Source: Alphaproteobacteria bacterium (GTDB lineage Bacteria > Pseudomonadota > Alphaproteobacteria > SP197). Taken from it: DNA of 64,000 nt. The stretch spans positions 308,897 through 372,896 of the forward strand of contig CBDCEA010000004.1 of assembly GCA_965215635.1 (NCBI GenBank). Reading direction: 5' to 3'. The notes below the pieces were generated by a model. The model was given only the letters and a program-made list of their open reading frames with translations, was not told the origin of the DNA and did not search any database. This document shows, in pieces, positions 18,235 through 28,571 of the stretch. Numbering within the stretch: the stretch's first letter is position 1; every line of letters starts with the position of its first letter. The translations under genes were made by a program, and so were the position numbers.

Positions 18235-19353
18235 ATGAGGATCCTGATCTGCGGTGGTGGCGTGATCGGCGCGTCGATCGCCTTTTTCCTGAGCCGGGCA
18301 GGGGCTGAAGTGATTGTCATCGAGCGGACCGGGATCGCCTGTGCGGCATCGGGCAAGTCCGGGGGATTTCTTGCTCTCGACTGGTGCGACGGCTCACCCC
18401 AGGGGGCGCTGGCCAGGCGCAGCTTCGCCCTACATGCGGAACTCACCCAAACCCTCAACGAGAACTGGGGATACCGCAGACTCGATACCCTGAACGTGGT
18501 CGCAAGCGCCCGCCGTAGTGTCGAGGCCTGGCGAAGGCAGGCATCGCCCGCGTGGCTCGCCCCGGAAGCGGCCGTTCATGCCAGGCTTGGAACGCGGGAT
18601 ACGACGGCACAGATCGACCCGGCTGCCTTCACGAAGGCCATGTTGAACGCCGCGCTCGCGTTGGGGGCCGAACTGCGCATTGGCACCGTGACGGGCGTCG
18701 CGCTGAATCGGAACGGATCGGCTGCAATGGGGGCGGTTGTCGACGGCAGGGTGGTGGAGGCCGATGCGCTTGTCATCGCCATGGGTCCCTGGTCCGAGCT
18801 GGCGCGCCAATGGTTGCCGTTACCGCCTGTTCACGGGCTGAAGAGCCACAGCCTCGTCCTTGGCTTCGAGCCGCCGGCTGGACCCGAAGCTCTCTTTGTC
18901 GAACTCGAGACGGCAGACGGCGACGCGGAGTCGCCGGAGGTGGTTCCGCGGCCCGACGGAACGACCTGGATCTGCGGCGTTTCGAGCACAACACCACTCC
19001 CTGAGGATCCGGCCGATGTCGTTGCAGACGACGGGGCCGTCGAGAAGCTTCGCGCCCTGGCCGGTCAGTTTGCGCCCGGGCTCGCCGAGGCCCCGGTTCT
19101 GGCATCCCAGGCGTGCTACCGGCCGTTCATCCGGGACGGCCTGCCGGTGATCGGTCTGGTTCCCGACGTCGAGAGAGCCTGGATTGCGACGGGGCACAGC
19201 GTGTGGGGCATGCTGAATGCGCCCGCCACAGGCGAGGCCATGGCCGACATGATCCTCCACGGTGAAACGCGAGCGGTCGATCTCGCCCCGTTCGATCCGG
19301 GGCGCATGGCTGCCGGTCAGCCGAAGACGGCTGTCGTGACTTCGGTTTCGTAG
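18235..19353 (+). CDS. FAD-dependent oxidoreductase (DAO/glycine-oxidase-like)
   Basis: N-terminal Rossmann motif MRILICGGGVIGASIAFFLSRAG...VIVIER. GGGGGA Shine-Dalgarno 6 nt upstream. Confidence 0.75.
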   Translation: MRILICGGGVIGASIAFFLSRAGAEVIVIERTGIACAASGKSGGFLALDWCDGSPQGALARRSFALHAELTQTLNENWGYRRLDTLNVVASARRSVEAWRRQASPAWLAPEAAVHARLGTRDTTAQIDPAAFTKAMLNAALALGAELRIGTVTGVALNRNGSAAMGAVVDGRVVEADALVIAMGPWSELARQWLPLPPVHGLKSHSLVLGFEPPAGPEALFVELETADGDAESPEVVPRPDGTTWICGVSSTTPLPEDPADVVADDGAVEKLRALAGQFAPGLAEAPVLASQACYRPFIRDGLPVIGLVPDVERAWIATGHSVWGMLNAPATGEAMADMILHGETRAVDLAPFDPGRMAAGQPKTAVVTSVS

Positions 19354-20105
19354 GGGATTCTGAGAATACCGGCAACATCGGCATGGGGAACCAGCGCCTT
19401 GTACATGGCCGAAAGCACCTCCTCGTCGGTGTGCAAGCTCAGTGCGACCTTGAAGTGGGACGTGGAGCGGACGTAGCCCAGGAAGTCACCGAAAGTGCGG
19501 TCCCACGACCATGTGAAACGCCGGTATTCCACGTCCCTGGTCCCGGAAAACGCCTTGAGTTCACGGCGCGCGTCGAGATCCCGGTAGCCGCGCCGGTAAC
19601 CGGGCGAGACCGCCTCGAGCGCCGTTTCGAAGGTTTCGGCGATGGCCGAATCCCTGATCCTGTTGTTGTAGAGGATGGCGAGCCTGCCGCCGGGGCGCAG
19701 CACGCGCGCGCACTCGGCGTAGAACCTGATGCGGTCGAACCAGTGGAGGGCTTGGCCGGCAGTGACAAGATCGACGCTGCCATCGGCCAGCGGAAGCGCT
19801 TCGGCACGCCCGGCGAGCCAGTGGACTCCGGAAATCCCTGCCGCGGACGTCTTCACCAACATGTCGCTTCCCGGTTCGATGCCGATGACAAGGGCCTGCC
19901 GGAAGGTGGCATACAGTTGCCGGGTCAGGATGCCGGTGCCGCTTGCGATGTCGGCAAGGCAGCGAACCATGCCGTCGGACCTGCCGAGCCAGTCGATTGA
20001 GGCCGTGCTGTAGGACGGCCTGTAGCGGTCGTAATCCGACGAGAGTCCCTCGAAGATGGTGCCGGAATCCTTCCAGCGGTCTGCCCAGAAGTGCCCGCCG
20101 GTCAT
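19317..20105 (-). CDS. class I SAM-dependent methyltransferase (type-11-like), 262 aa; immediately downstream of fdsA
   Basis: Motif I IASGTGILT, post-I VIGIEPGSDML, then DLVTAGQALHWF and RVLRPGGRLAI. Confidence 0.75.
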   Translation of the reverse strand: MTGGHFWADRWKDSGTIFEGLSSDYDRYRPSYSTASIDWLGRSDGMVRCLADIASGTGILTRQLYATFRQALVIGIEPGSDMLVKTSAAGISGVHWLAGRAEALPLADGSVDLVTAGQALHWFDRIRFYAECARVLRPGGRLAILYNNRIRDSAIAETFETALEAVSPGYRRGYRDLDARRELKAFSGTRDVEYRRFTWSWDRTFGDFLGYVRSTSHFKVALSLHTDEEVLSAMYKALVPHADVAGILRIPYETEVTTAVFG

Positions 20106-20114
20106 GGCCGGTCG

Positions 20115-22886
20115 TCAGTGAACCTCTTCGGCGCCCGCAGCGGGTTCCACTCGCGCGGCGCAGAACTTGAACTCCGGTATCTTGCCGAAGGGGTCGAGTG
20201 CCGGATTGGTGAGTATGTTTGCAGCCGCCGTCTCATAGCAGAACGGTACGAACACCACGCCGGACTGGAGTCCTGCATCGGTGCGGACCTTCGCCTCGAT
20301 CGCCCCGCGTCTTGTCGAGATGCGAATGGCATCGCCGGGAGCGATGGCAAGGCGCCTCATGTCACCGGGTGCCATCATTGCCACGGCCTCGGGTTCGAGA
20401 CTGTCGAGCACGGTGGCACGGCGGGTCATCGCACCGGTGTGCCAGTGCTCGAGAAGCCGCCCTGTCGTCAGGATCATCGGGAAGGTCTCGTCGGGTGTCT
20501 CATCGGGCGGAATGATGTCCGCAGGCACCATGAGACCGCGTCCCGTCGGTGTCGGGAACGCGTCGGAAAAGACGATCTCCTGGCCAGGATCGTCTTCCGA
20601 ACTGCAGGGATAGATCACGGCATCCTCGCGGCTGACACGCTCCCACGAGATGCCTGCAATGGACGGCATGACCTGGCGCATCTCCTCGAAGATCTCGCCG
20701 ACGCTGCCGTAGGACCAGTCGCGTCCCAGACCCTGGGCGATCGACTGGATGATCTCCCAGTCCTGGCGCGCCTCGCCGGGAAGCGGCACCGCCTTGCGGC
20801 CACGCTGGACCTGGCGGTTGGTGTTGGTGGCTGTGCCGTCCTTTTCTGGCCACGCGCTCGCCGGCAGCACCACATCGGCGTGCATCGCGGTCTCGGTGAG
20901 GAAGAGATCCTGGACCACGAGATGATCGAGCTTCGCAAGGGCCTCGCGGGCATGATGTGCATCGGGATCCGACATCGCCGGATTTTCGCCCATGATATAC
21001 ATGCCCTTCATGGTACCGGCATGGACCGCGTTCATGATCTCGACCACGGTAAGGCCTGGCTTGTCGGAGAGTTCGGTTCCCCAGAACTCCCGGAAGCGTT
21101 GCCTGTTCGTCTCGTTGCTCACCGGTACGTAGTCCGGAAAACTCATCGGGATGAGCCCGGCGTCGGAGGCACCCTGGACATTGTTCTGTCCGCGCAGGGG
21201 ATGGAGGCCGGTTCCCTCGCGTCCCGTGTGGCCGGTCATCAGGGCAAGCGAAATCAGGCAGCGGGCATTGTCCGTGCCGTGGATGTGCTGGCTGATGCCC
21301 ATACCCCAGAAGATCATGGCGCGTTCGGCGCCTGCATAGGTCCGCGCCACCTCACGCAGGGTCTCTGCATCGACGCCGGTGACGGACTCCATCGCTTCCG
21401 GCGAGAAGGCCTTGAGATGATGCTTGAGTGCCTCGAAGCCTTCAGTCATCGCCTGGACGTACTGGGCGTCATGGAGACCTTCCTCGACGATGACGTGCAT
21501 GATGGCGTTCAGCATCGCGACATCCGCACCCGGCTTGAACTGCACCATGTGCGTGGCATGCCTGTTCAGGGCCTGACCGCGCGGATCCATCACGATGAGT
21601 CGGGTGCCGCGTTTCACTGCGTTCTTGAAGAACGTCGTGGCGACCGGATGATTTTCCGATGGATTGGCACCGATCACAATGATGCAGTCTGCCTTGAGCG
21701 CTTCGGTGAAGGGGGCTGTGACGGCACCCGATCCTATGCCCTCGAGCAGTGCGGCCACGGAGCTGGCGTGGCAGAGCCTTGTGCAGTGATCGACATTGTT
21801 GCTCCCGAATCCGGTGCGCACCAGCTTCTGGAAGAGGTAGGCCTCCTCGTTGGAACCCTTCGCCGAACCGAAGCCGGCGAGGGCATGACCGCCGTGGCCG
21901 TCGCGTATCGCGGCAAGGCCCGAGACCGCGACCGCGAGAGCCTCGTCCCAATCTGCCGCCCGGAAGTGGGTGAACGGATTGGAAGGATCGACCCATTCGT
22001 CGGCGCCCTTGGGGGCGTCGTCCCTGCGGATGAGCGGCCGGGTGAGTCGCTGGGGATCGTTGATGTAGTCGAAGCCGAAACGCCCCTTGACACAGAGCCT
22101 GCCGTGATTGGCCGGTCCTTCCTTGCCCTTCACCGCAACGATGCGATCCTCGTCGACCTGGTAGGTGATCTGGCATCCCACACCGCAATAGGGGCAGACA
22201 CTGTCCACCTCCTTCGCCGGTCCTGGCCGGCCGATTCCGTTGTCGTCCACAAGGGATTTCTCCATAAGCGCACCGGTCGGGCAGGACTGCACGCATTCAC
22301 CGCAGGCCACGCACGTCGATTCACCCATCGGATCGTCGAAATCGAACACGATCCTGGACTCGCGGCCACGCCACGCCATGCCGATGACATCATTGACCTG
22401 GATCTCCCGGCAGGCCCTCACGCAACGGTTGCAGTGGATGCAGGCATCGAGATTGATCGCCATGGCGGGATGGGAAAGATCGCTCGCGGGAGCGCTGCCG
22501 TGCCGCGGATAGCGCGAACTCTCGATACCCATCATCCGGGCCCAGTTCCAGAGTTCCGAGGACGAGGTGTGGGCTTTGGCCTCGGGCGGCTGGTCGGCGA
22601 CGAGCAACTCGAGCACGGTGGATCGTGATGCCTCGGCGCGCCTGCTCGCGCTGTGGACGGCCATGCCGGAGTGCGGCTGACGAATGCACGATGCCGCCAA
22701 CGTGCGTTCACCCTCGACCTCGACCATGCAAAGACGGCAGTTGCCGTCCGGCCTGTAGTCCTGCATTTCGGTATGGCACAGATGGGGAATCACCCGCCCC
22801 TGGCGTCTGGCCACCTGCCAGATCGTCTCGCCGGGCCGGGCGGTCACGGTCTGGCCATCCAGCGTGAAGGTGATGGGCTCACTCAC
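20115..22886 (-). CDS. fdsA: NAD-dependent formate dehydrogenase alpha subunit (FdsA/FdhF-type molybdopterin oxidoreductase), 923 aa, Cys-type
   Basis: N-terminal 2Fe-2S and 4Fe-4S Cys clusters (CHTEMQDYRPDGNCRLC, CIHCNRCVRAC, CVACGECVQSCP), the Mo-bisPGD domain with the VDHCTRLCHASSV active-site region (Cys, no TGA), and the C-terminal cap. Confidence 0.9.
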   Translation of the reverse strand: MSEPITFTLDGQTVTARPGETIWQVARRQGRVIPHLCHTEMQDYRPDGNCRLCMVEVEGERTLAASCIRQPHSGMAVHSASRRAEASRSTVLELLVADQPPEAKAHTSSSELWNWARMMGIESSRYPRHGSAPASDLSHPAMAINLDACIHCNRCVRACREIQVNDVIGMAWRGRESRIVFDFDDPMGESTCVACGECVQSCPTGALMEKSLVDDNGIGRPGPAKEVDSVCPYCGVGCQITYQVDEDRIVAVKGKEGPANHGRLCVKGRFGFDYINDPQRLTRPLIRRDDAPKGADEWVDPSNPFTHFRAADWDEALAVAVSGLAAIRDGHGGHALAGFGSAKGSNEEAYLFQKLVRTGFGSNNVDHCTRLCHASSVAALLEGIGSGAVTAPFTEALKADCIIVIGANPSENHPVATTFFKNAVKRGTRLIVMDPRGQALNRHATHMVQFKPGADVAMLNAIMHVIVEEGLHDAQYVQAMTEGFEALKHHLKAFSPEAMESVTGVDAETLREVARTYAGAERAMIFWGMGISQHIHGTDNARCLISLALMTGHTGREGTGLHPLRGQNNVQGASDAGLIPMSFPDYVPVSNETNRQRFREFWGTELSDKPGLTVVEIMNAVHAGTMKGMYIMGENPAMSDPDAHHAREALAKLDHLVVQDLFLTETAMHADVVLPASAWPEKDGTATNTNRQVQRGRKAVPLPGEARQDWEIIQSIAQGLGRDWSYGSVGEIFEEMRQVMPSIAGISWERVSREDAVIYPCSSEDDPGQEIVFSDAFPTPTGRGLMVPADIIPPDETPDETFPMILTTGRLLEHWHTGAMTRRATVLDSLEPEAVAMMAPGDMRRLAIAPGDAIRISTRRGAIEAKVRTDAGLQSGVVFVPFCYETAAANILTNPALDPFGKIPEFKFCAARVEPAAGAEEVH

Positions 22887-24586
22887 GCGACATCCTCCGG
22901 AAAGTACTTCAGAACAGTGAGAATCGAATTGGGCGCGGCCTGCCCCAGACCGCAGATGGAGGCATCTGTCATGGCTTCGGAGAGTTCCTCCAGCAGCGGC
23001 CTGTTCCAGGCGCCAGCCGACATCATCGTCACAGCCTTTTCACAACCGACCCTGCACGGCGTGCACTGGCCGCAACTCTCATCCTCGAAGAACTTCATGA
23101 GATTGACCGCAGCATCGCACATGCTGTCCTGATAGGAAAGGATCACGACAGCGGCCGATCCGATGAATGCGCCATAGGGCTGGATGGTGTCGAAGTCGAG
23201 CGGGATATCGCCGAGCGACGCAGGCAGAATGCCACCGGAAGCACCCCCCGGCAGGTAGCCCTTGAACCGGTGGCCCTCAGCCATGCCGCCGCAGTATTCG
23301 TCGATCAGTTCGCGGACCGTGATACCTGCCGGAGCGAGTTTGACTCCGGGTTCCCTGACGCGTCCAGAGACCGAGAAGCTGCGCAGTCCGGACCGGCCGT
23401 GACGGCCGTGTCCGGCAAACCAGTCGGCACCCCTGGCGATGATCCGGGGTACCCAGTAGAGGGTTTCGACATTGTGAACGAGAGTCGGACGGCCGAAGAT
23501 TCCGACCTTGGCAACAAAGGGTGGCCGGTGGCGGGGCAGGCCGCGCTTGCCCTCGATCGATTCGATCATCGCCGATTCTTCGCCGCAGATATAGGCTCCG
23601 GCGCCGCGTCGCAGGTGGACTCTTGCCGCGTCCTCGAGACCGGCCTCTTCGAGCCGTGCCAGTTCACGTTCGAGCGCGGTGCGGATACCTGGATACTCGT
23701 CGCGCAGATAGAAGTAGACATCGGTTGCCTCGACGACCCAGGCCGCAATCAGGGTGCCCTCGAGGATCCGGTGAGGTTCGCGTTCGAGATAATGGCGGTC
23801 CTTGAAGGTTCCGACCTCGCCCTCGTCGGCGTTGACGGCCATCAGCCTGGGGCCGGTCTCCATGCGCACAAACTTCCACTTGCGTCCGGCTGGGAATCCG
23901 GCACCTCCGAGGCCGCGCAGGTCCGACGATTCCATCGTGGCGATGAGGTCATCGGGTGTGTGCCTGCCGGCCAGAACCTCTTTCAGCACGGTGTAACCGC
24001 CTTCAGCCAGGTAGGCGTCGAGATCCTGGTAATCCGGCACATTCGCTTCGAGATCGCCCGCCTCAATGGCCGTTTCGACCCGCGACACGGTGGCATGGTC
24101 GATATCGTTGAATCCTGCCTTGACCGCTGGCGCACTCTCGCATCGGCCCATGCAGGGTGCCTTGAGCACCCTGACGTCCGGTCCGAGCGTCCCTTCGAGG
24201 TCGCGGAACAGCCGATCGGCTCCGGCCATCGCGCACGACAGGCTCTCGCAGACCCTGACCGTGATCGGAGGCGGCGGAACCTCGCCTTCCCTGACGACAT
24301 CGAAATGATGATAGAAAGTCGCGACCTCGTAGGCTTCCGCCATTGGTATGGAGAGTGCCTCGGCAAGCGCGTGAAGATGGCGTGCGGAGATGTGGTGGTA
24401 GCGGTCCTGGATGAGGTGCAGGTACTCGATCAGGAGATCGCGCCTCAACGGCCGCTCGCCGAGCAGTTCGGCGATCTCGACCACGGCCAGCGGGTCTTTC
24501 TGACGCCCCCTGGCGGCCGTCCGCGATTTTCTCTTCCTGGCCCCTGGCGGCCGGACCCTGGCGCTGTCACCGTTGGAAAACGTCAT
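22883..24586 (-). CDS. fdsB: formate dehydrogenase beta subunit with fused gamma (NuoE-like plus NuoF-like; FdsG-FdsB fusion), 567 aa
   Basis: N-terminal NuoE-type 2Fe-2S region (VRVCESLSCAMAG...CMGRCESAP) followed by the NuoF-type FMN/NADH site (GLGGAGFP, GAGAYICGEESA) and 4Fe-4S (ESCGQCTPCR). GGAGG Shine-Dalgarno 6 nt before ATG. ATGA overlap with fdsA. Confidence 0.85.
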   Translation of the reverse strand: MTFSNGDSARVRPPGARKRKSRTAARGRQKDPLAVVEIAELLGERPLRRDLLIEYLHLIQDRYHHISARHLHALAEALSIPMAEAYEVATFYHHFDVVREGEVPPPPITVRVCESLSCAMAGADRLFRDLEGTLGPDVRVLKAPCMGRCESAPAVKAGFNDIDHATVSRVETAIEAGDLEANVPDYQDLDAYLAEGGYTVLKEVLAGRHTPDDLIATMESSDLRGLGGAGFPAGRKWKFVRMETGPRLMAVNADEGEVGTFKDRHYLEREPHRILEGTLIAAWVVEATDVYFYLRDEYPGIRTALERELARLEEAGLEDAARVHLRRGAGAYICGEESAMIESIEGKRGLPRHRPPFVAKVGIFGRPTLVHNVETLYWVPRIIARGADWFAGHGRHGRSGLRSFSVSGRVREPGVKLAPAGITVRELIDEYCGGMAEGHRFKGYLPGGASGGILPASLGDIPLDFDTIQPYGAFIGSAAVVILSYQDSMCDAAVNLMKFFEDESCGQCTPCRVGCEKAVTMMSAGAWNRPLLEELSEAMTDASICGLGQAAPNSILTVLKYFPEDVA

Positions 24587-24689
24587 GAAACTCCTCTTCC
24601 CCGGCAAGAGGGGCGAATGGACGGGGCGCGGGAACATGCCCCATGACGCGCCGGGTGTCACCCCCCGATGGGGATTTGCCCGGCGCCGT

Positions 24690-25700
24690 TCAGATACGTG
24701 TCACCGGCCGGGCGTCCGAAGGATCGGGGTAGGGGAAGTGGCAGCTTGCCATGCGGCCGGGGGCGACCTCCCGGAACTCCGGAACGACCGACCGGCACCT
24801 GTCCTGAGCAAAGGGGCAGCGTGTGTGGAATTCGCAACCCTTGGGCCTGTTCATGAGCGACGGGATCTCTCCCTCGAGTTCCAGTTTGTCGCGACGCTTG
24901 TCGGGGTCGGGCTCGGGTACCGCCGCGAGCAGGCCGAGCGTGTAGGGATGGGCCGGCCTGGCAAATATCTCCTGGGTCGCGCCAGTCTCCACGAATCGCC
25001 CCAGGTACATGATGGCGAGGCGGTCGCTCACGTGGCGCACCACCGGCAGATTGTGGGTGATGATGAGATAGGACAGCCCGAGCTCGCGCTGCAGGCGGTT
25101 CATGAGATTGAGGATTTCGCCCTGGACCGAGACATCGAGACCCGCCGTCGGCTCGTCGGCAATGATGATCCGGGGTTCCAGTGCCAGCGCACGGGCGACG
25201 CCGACACGCCGCGCCTGGCCTCCGGAAAGCTGATGGGGGTAGACACCTAGGAAACCCTCGTTAAGACCAACCAGATTGATCAGCCGCCGTGCATCCCTCG
25301 CGGCATCGCGCCCGGCAATGCCGTGAATTCTGAAGGGTTCCGTGATGATGTTGCGAACGGTCTTGCGCGGCGACAGGCTGGCCACCGGGTCCTGGAACAT
25401 CATCGCCAAGTTCCGCCTGACGGCCCGGTAGCGGGCCTCGTCGAGGCCGACGAGCTCGTGGCCGTCGATGGTGATGCTGCCCTCGGCGGCTTCGACGAGG
25501 CCGATCACGGCGCGCCCGAGCGTTGTCTTGCCCGAGCCCGATTCTCCCACCAGTCCGAAGGTTTCTCCCTGCGTCAGGCTGAAGGAGACATGCATCACGG
25601 CATCGATATGGGGGTCGGCGATTCCCCTGATGATCGCCTTGACCAAGCCAGCCGTCCGGAAGCGCACACGCAGCTTCTCGACCTTGAGCAGTTCAGGCAT
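24690..25700 (-). CDS. dppF: oligopeptide/dipeptide-type ABC transporter ATP-binding protein (DppF/OppF-like)
   Basis: Walker A GESGSGKTT, LSGGQARRVGVARAL, and a C-terminal oligopeptide-ABC extension with Cys pairs (CEFHTRCPFAQDRC). Overlaps dppD by 8 nt. Confidence 0.8.
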   Translation of the reverse strand: MPELLKVEKLRVRFRTAGLVKAIIRGIADPHIDAVMHVSFSLTQGETFGLVGESGSGKTTLGRAVIGLVEAAEGSITIDGHELVGLDEARYRAVRRNLAMMFQDPVASLSPRKTVRNIITEPFRIHGIAGRDAARDARRLINLVGLNEGFLGVYPHQLSGGQARRVGVARALALEPRIIIADEPTAGLDVSVQGEILNLMNRLQRELGLSYLIITHNLPVVRHVSDRLAIMYLGRFVETGATQEIFARPAHPYTLGLLAAVPEPDPDKRRDKLELEGEIPSLMNRPKGCEFHTRCPFAQDRCRSVVPEFREVAPGRMASCHFPYPDPSDARPVTRI

Positions 25701-26676
25701 CGCGGACCCGGAAGCAGCGCGCCGCGTGCACGGCATTGATGTCGTAGGTAGCCGGTGCGGAAGCATCACAGGGGCCGTAGCGGTCGGGACAGCGCGGCGC
25801 AAAGATGCAACCGGGCGGCAGGTCGATCAGATCGGGAACACTGCCGGTGATGGTCGGCAGGTCCCTGCGCTTCTCCTCGATGCGCGCGGGATCGCATTCC
25901 AGCAGCATTCGCGTGTAGGGATGGCGGGCCCGGTGAAAAAGATCGTGAACCTCTCCTAGTTCCACGACCTCGCCGGCATACATGACCACCACCTCGTCGC
26001 ACAGTTCCGCGATCAGGCCGAGGTTGTGGGAGACGAACAGCATGGAACAGCCGAACCGTGCGCACAGATCTTTCATCAGATGAATGATCTGCGCCTCGAG
26101 TGTGACATCGAGCGCCGTCGTCGGCTCGTCGGCGATCAGCAGGGCAGGGTTCATCATCAGCGCCATGGCGATGCAGATGCGCTGGCGCATGCCCCCCGAG
26201 AACTGGTGCGGGTAGTCGGCGAGCCGGCGCTGCGGGTCGGGAATGCCGACCTGGCCGAGCATGTCGGTCGCAAGCCTGCGCTTGTCTGCCGCCGACATGT
26301 CGAGCCGGTAGAGAATGTCGGTCATCTGGGTGCCGATCGAGATCACGGGATTGAGCGCGGTCATGGGGTCCTGGAACACCATGGAGATTTCCCGGCCCCT
26401 TATGTTGCGCAGTTCCCTGCGGCTCATGCTGAGGACATCGCGGCCCTTGAAGACCACCGACGAGTCACCTGCGACGACCGCATTGGCCGCAAGCAGGCGA
26501 AGCACACTGTTGATCAGCGTCGACTTGCCGCAACCCGATTCCCCGACGATCCCGACGATCCTGTTATCAGGCACCGTGAGGTCGACATTACGCAGCGCGC
26601 GGACCGTTCCCCGGCCCGTCAGGAAGTCGACCGAGAGATTGCGCACCTCGAGAACCGTATCCCGGCGGTCTGTCAT
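25693..26676 (-). CDS. dppD: oligopeptide/dipeptide-type ABC transporter ATP-binding protein (DppD/OppD-like)
   Basis: [16 protein letters not shown]..., Walker [25 protein letters not shown]. Start at the internal ATG (26676), overlapping the dppC stop by ATGA. The longer ORF-track N-terminus is an out-of-frame reading of dppC. Confidence 0.8.
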   Translation of the reverse strand: MTDRRDTVLEVRNLSVDFLTGRGTVRALRNVDLTVPDNRIVGIVGESGCGKSTLINSVLRLLAANAVVAGDSSVVFKGRDVLSMSRRELRNIRGREISMVFQDPMTALNPVISIGTQMTDILYRLDMSAADKRRLATDMLGQVGIPDPQRRLADYPHQFSGGMRQRICIAMALMMNPALLIADEPTTALDVTLEAQIIHLMKDLCARFGCSMLFVSHNLGLIAELCDEVVVMYAGEVVELGEVHDLFHRARHPYTRMLLECDPARIEEKRRDLPTITGSVPDLIDLPPGCIFAPRCPDRYGPCDASAPATYDINAVHAARCFRVRDA

Positions 26677-27554
26677 CGGTCCTTCTTGAGCTTGGGATCG
26701 AGCACGTCGCGTAGCGCCTCTCCGAGGAAGGTGAATCCGAGCGTGGTGATGATGAGCGGAATGCCCCCGGCTATGACCAGCCACGGGGTGTTGCGGATGA
26801 AGCCGTAGCCGTCGTTCAGGATCGAGCCCCAGGACGGTGTCGGCGGTTTCACGCCCAGACCGAGGAAGGAGAGACCGGCCTCGATGGTGATGACGACCGG
26901 GATGTCCATGCTGCACAGAATGAGCAGCGGCTGAACGATATTGGGGACAAGATGGGAGAACATGATCCTCCACACACCGGCACCCAGCGACCGTGCGGCG
27001 AGAATGAATTCGGTGTTCTTGGTCGCCAGCGTCGATGCCCGGGCAATCCGGGCATAGCCCGGCGTGGTGGTGGCGATCACCACGAAGATGATGGTCTCGA
27101 GGCTCGGTCCCACCACCGTGATGACGGCCAGTGCGAACATGATGACGGGAAATGCCCTCACGGAATCGAAGATCCACATGAGGGTGTTGTCGAGCCAGGA
27201 CGGCCCGTAGCCTGCGAGCATACCCAGAACGAGTCCGAGAAGAAGTGACGAACCGACGGAGACGAGCGCGACGTAGAGCGCAATCTGTCCACCGTGAAGG
27301 ATGCGGCTGAAAGTGTCGCGTCCCAGATTGTCGGTCCCCAGAAGATGGTCCCACGAAGGACCGCCGAGTCGCGCCTTGACGTTGAGCTCCTTGTAGTCGT
27401 ACGGCGCGAGGAAGTCCGCGCCTGCCGCCGAGATGATGATCAGCAGGACGAGCACGAGGCCGAGGCAGCCAAGCGGATCGCGCAGCAATTGCCACAACCA
27501 GGAGAATCGGGGCTCCCGGCGAATCGGGACGTCGGTGGCGGCGATGTCTGCCAT
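26673..27554 (-). CDS. dppC: ABC transporter permease (DppC/OppC-like)
   Basis: N-terminal cytoplasmic segment, then 6 TM segments and the EAA loop (ARSLGAGVWRIMFSHLVPN). Confidence 0.8.
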   Translation of the reverse strand: MADIAATDVPIRREPRFSWLWQLLRDPLGCLGLVLVLLIIISAAGADFLAPYDYKELNVKARLGGPSWDHLLGTDNLGRDTFSRILHGGQIALYVALVSVGSSLLLGLVLGMLAGYGPSWLDNTLMWIFDSVRAFPVIMFALAVITVVGPSLETIIFVVIATTTPGYARIARASTLATKNTEFILAARSLGAGVWRIMFSHLVPNIVQPLLILCSMDIPVVITIEAGLSFLGLGVKPPTPSWGSILNDGYGFIRNTPWLVIAGGIPLIITTLGFTFLGEALRDVLDPKLKKDR

Positions 27555-27557
27555 GGT

Positions 27558-28502
27558 CTATAGGCCCTGCCGGATCCTGGGATCGAGCCATGCAGCGATC
27601 AGATCGGAGATCAGCGTGGAGAGCGCGAAGAGCATCGTGGTCACGAGCACGCCGCCCATCACGATCGGGTAGTTGCGGGTATTGACCGCGTCCACGACCA
27701 TCTTGCCGATGCCCGGCCGCGCAAAGATGATCTCCGCGAAAACGGCGCCCGAGATGAGGGCTCCGACTCCGACGCCAAGCAATGCGATTGTCGGAAGGAT
27801 GGCAAGCTTGAGAGCGTAGACATAGGTGATGCGCTGGCTGGAAAGGCCGTAAGCACGCGCCATCCTGATGTGGTTCTCGCCCATCACCTCCAGCATGGAG
27901 GTCCTGACGAAGCGGGCAAGGTAGCCGACCCAGCCCAGACCGACGGCAAGACCTGGCAGCACCAGATGGAGCAGCTGGTCCTCGATGTCTCCGGCGTTAC
28001 CGGCGCCGATTGCCGGGAACATCCTCAGTTCGACGGCGAACAGCAGCAGGGCGTAGAGGCCGACGATGAAGGACGGGATGGCGATGCAGCCGACAGAAAG
28101 CACACCGGTGAGCTTGTCGGTGATGCTGTTGCGGTGGACGGCGGAGTAGCAGCCCATCGGAATGCCCAGCAGGATCGACCAGCCCAGACCGACCGTGGCC
28201 AGAGCAATGGTGTGGGGCAACTGCTCGCCGATCATGGTACTGACCGGACGCTTCGACCAGACGTCGGCGCCGAGATCGCCGGTCACGACATTCCCGAGAA
28301 ACCTGAAGTACTGCAACAGGAACGGCTGATCCATGCCCATCAGGGCACGGAATTCGGCGCGCATCTCCGGTGTCGCCCGGGGCCCCAGCGCGATTCCGGC
28401 GGGATCTCCCGGCACGAGGTGAATGGCCGACAGCAGCATCAGCATCGCCAGGCAGACGATGAGGATGGCAAGACCCAGGCGCTTGACGGTGTAGAGAAGC
28501 AT
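27558..28502 (-). CDS. dppB: ABC transporter permease (DppB/OppB-like)
   Basis: MLLYTVKRLGLAILIVCL...HLVPGDPAGIALG, the typical DppB N-terminus, and the EAA loop (ARAYGLSSQRITYVYALKLAILP). Confidence 0.8.
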   Translation of the reverse strand: MLLYTVKRLGLAILIVCLAMLMLLSAIHLVPGDPAGIALGPRATPEMRAEFRALMGMDQPFLLQYFRFLGNVVTGDLGADVWSKRPVSTMIGEQLPHTIALATVGLGWSILLGIPMGCYSAVHRNSITDKLTGVLSVGCIAIPSFIVGLYALLLFAVELRMFPAIGAGNAGDIEDQLLHLVLPGLAVGLGWVGYLARFVRTSMLEVMGENHIRMARAYGLSSQRITYVYALKLAILPTIALLGVGVGALISGAVFAEIIFARPGIGKMVVDAVNTRNYPIVMGGVLVTTMLFALSTLISDLIAAWLDPRIRQGL

Positions 28503-28571
28503 AGCCCCCTATCCGGCTATGGATCGACCGGCAAGTCAACCGCAAACCGGCGCGCACCCGTCCTTAGCCGT

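Noticed and set aside
20091-22628. Very long ORFs antisense to real genes (20091..22628 +, 42263..43903 -, 31721..33019 -, 35954..37486 -, 13932..14978 +, 54668..55954 +, 23270..24646 +)
   Set aside because: Typical high-GC artefacts. They have Arg/Ala/Pro/Gly-rich low-complexity translations, no recognisable domains, and each overlaps a well-supported gene on the other strand.
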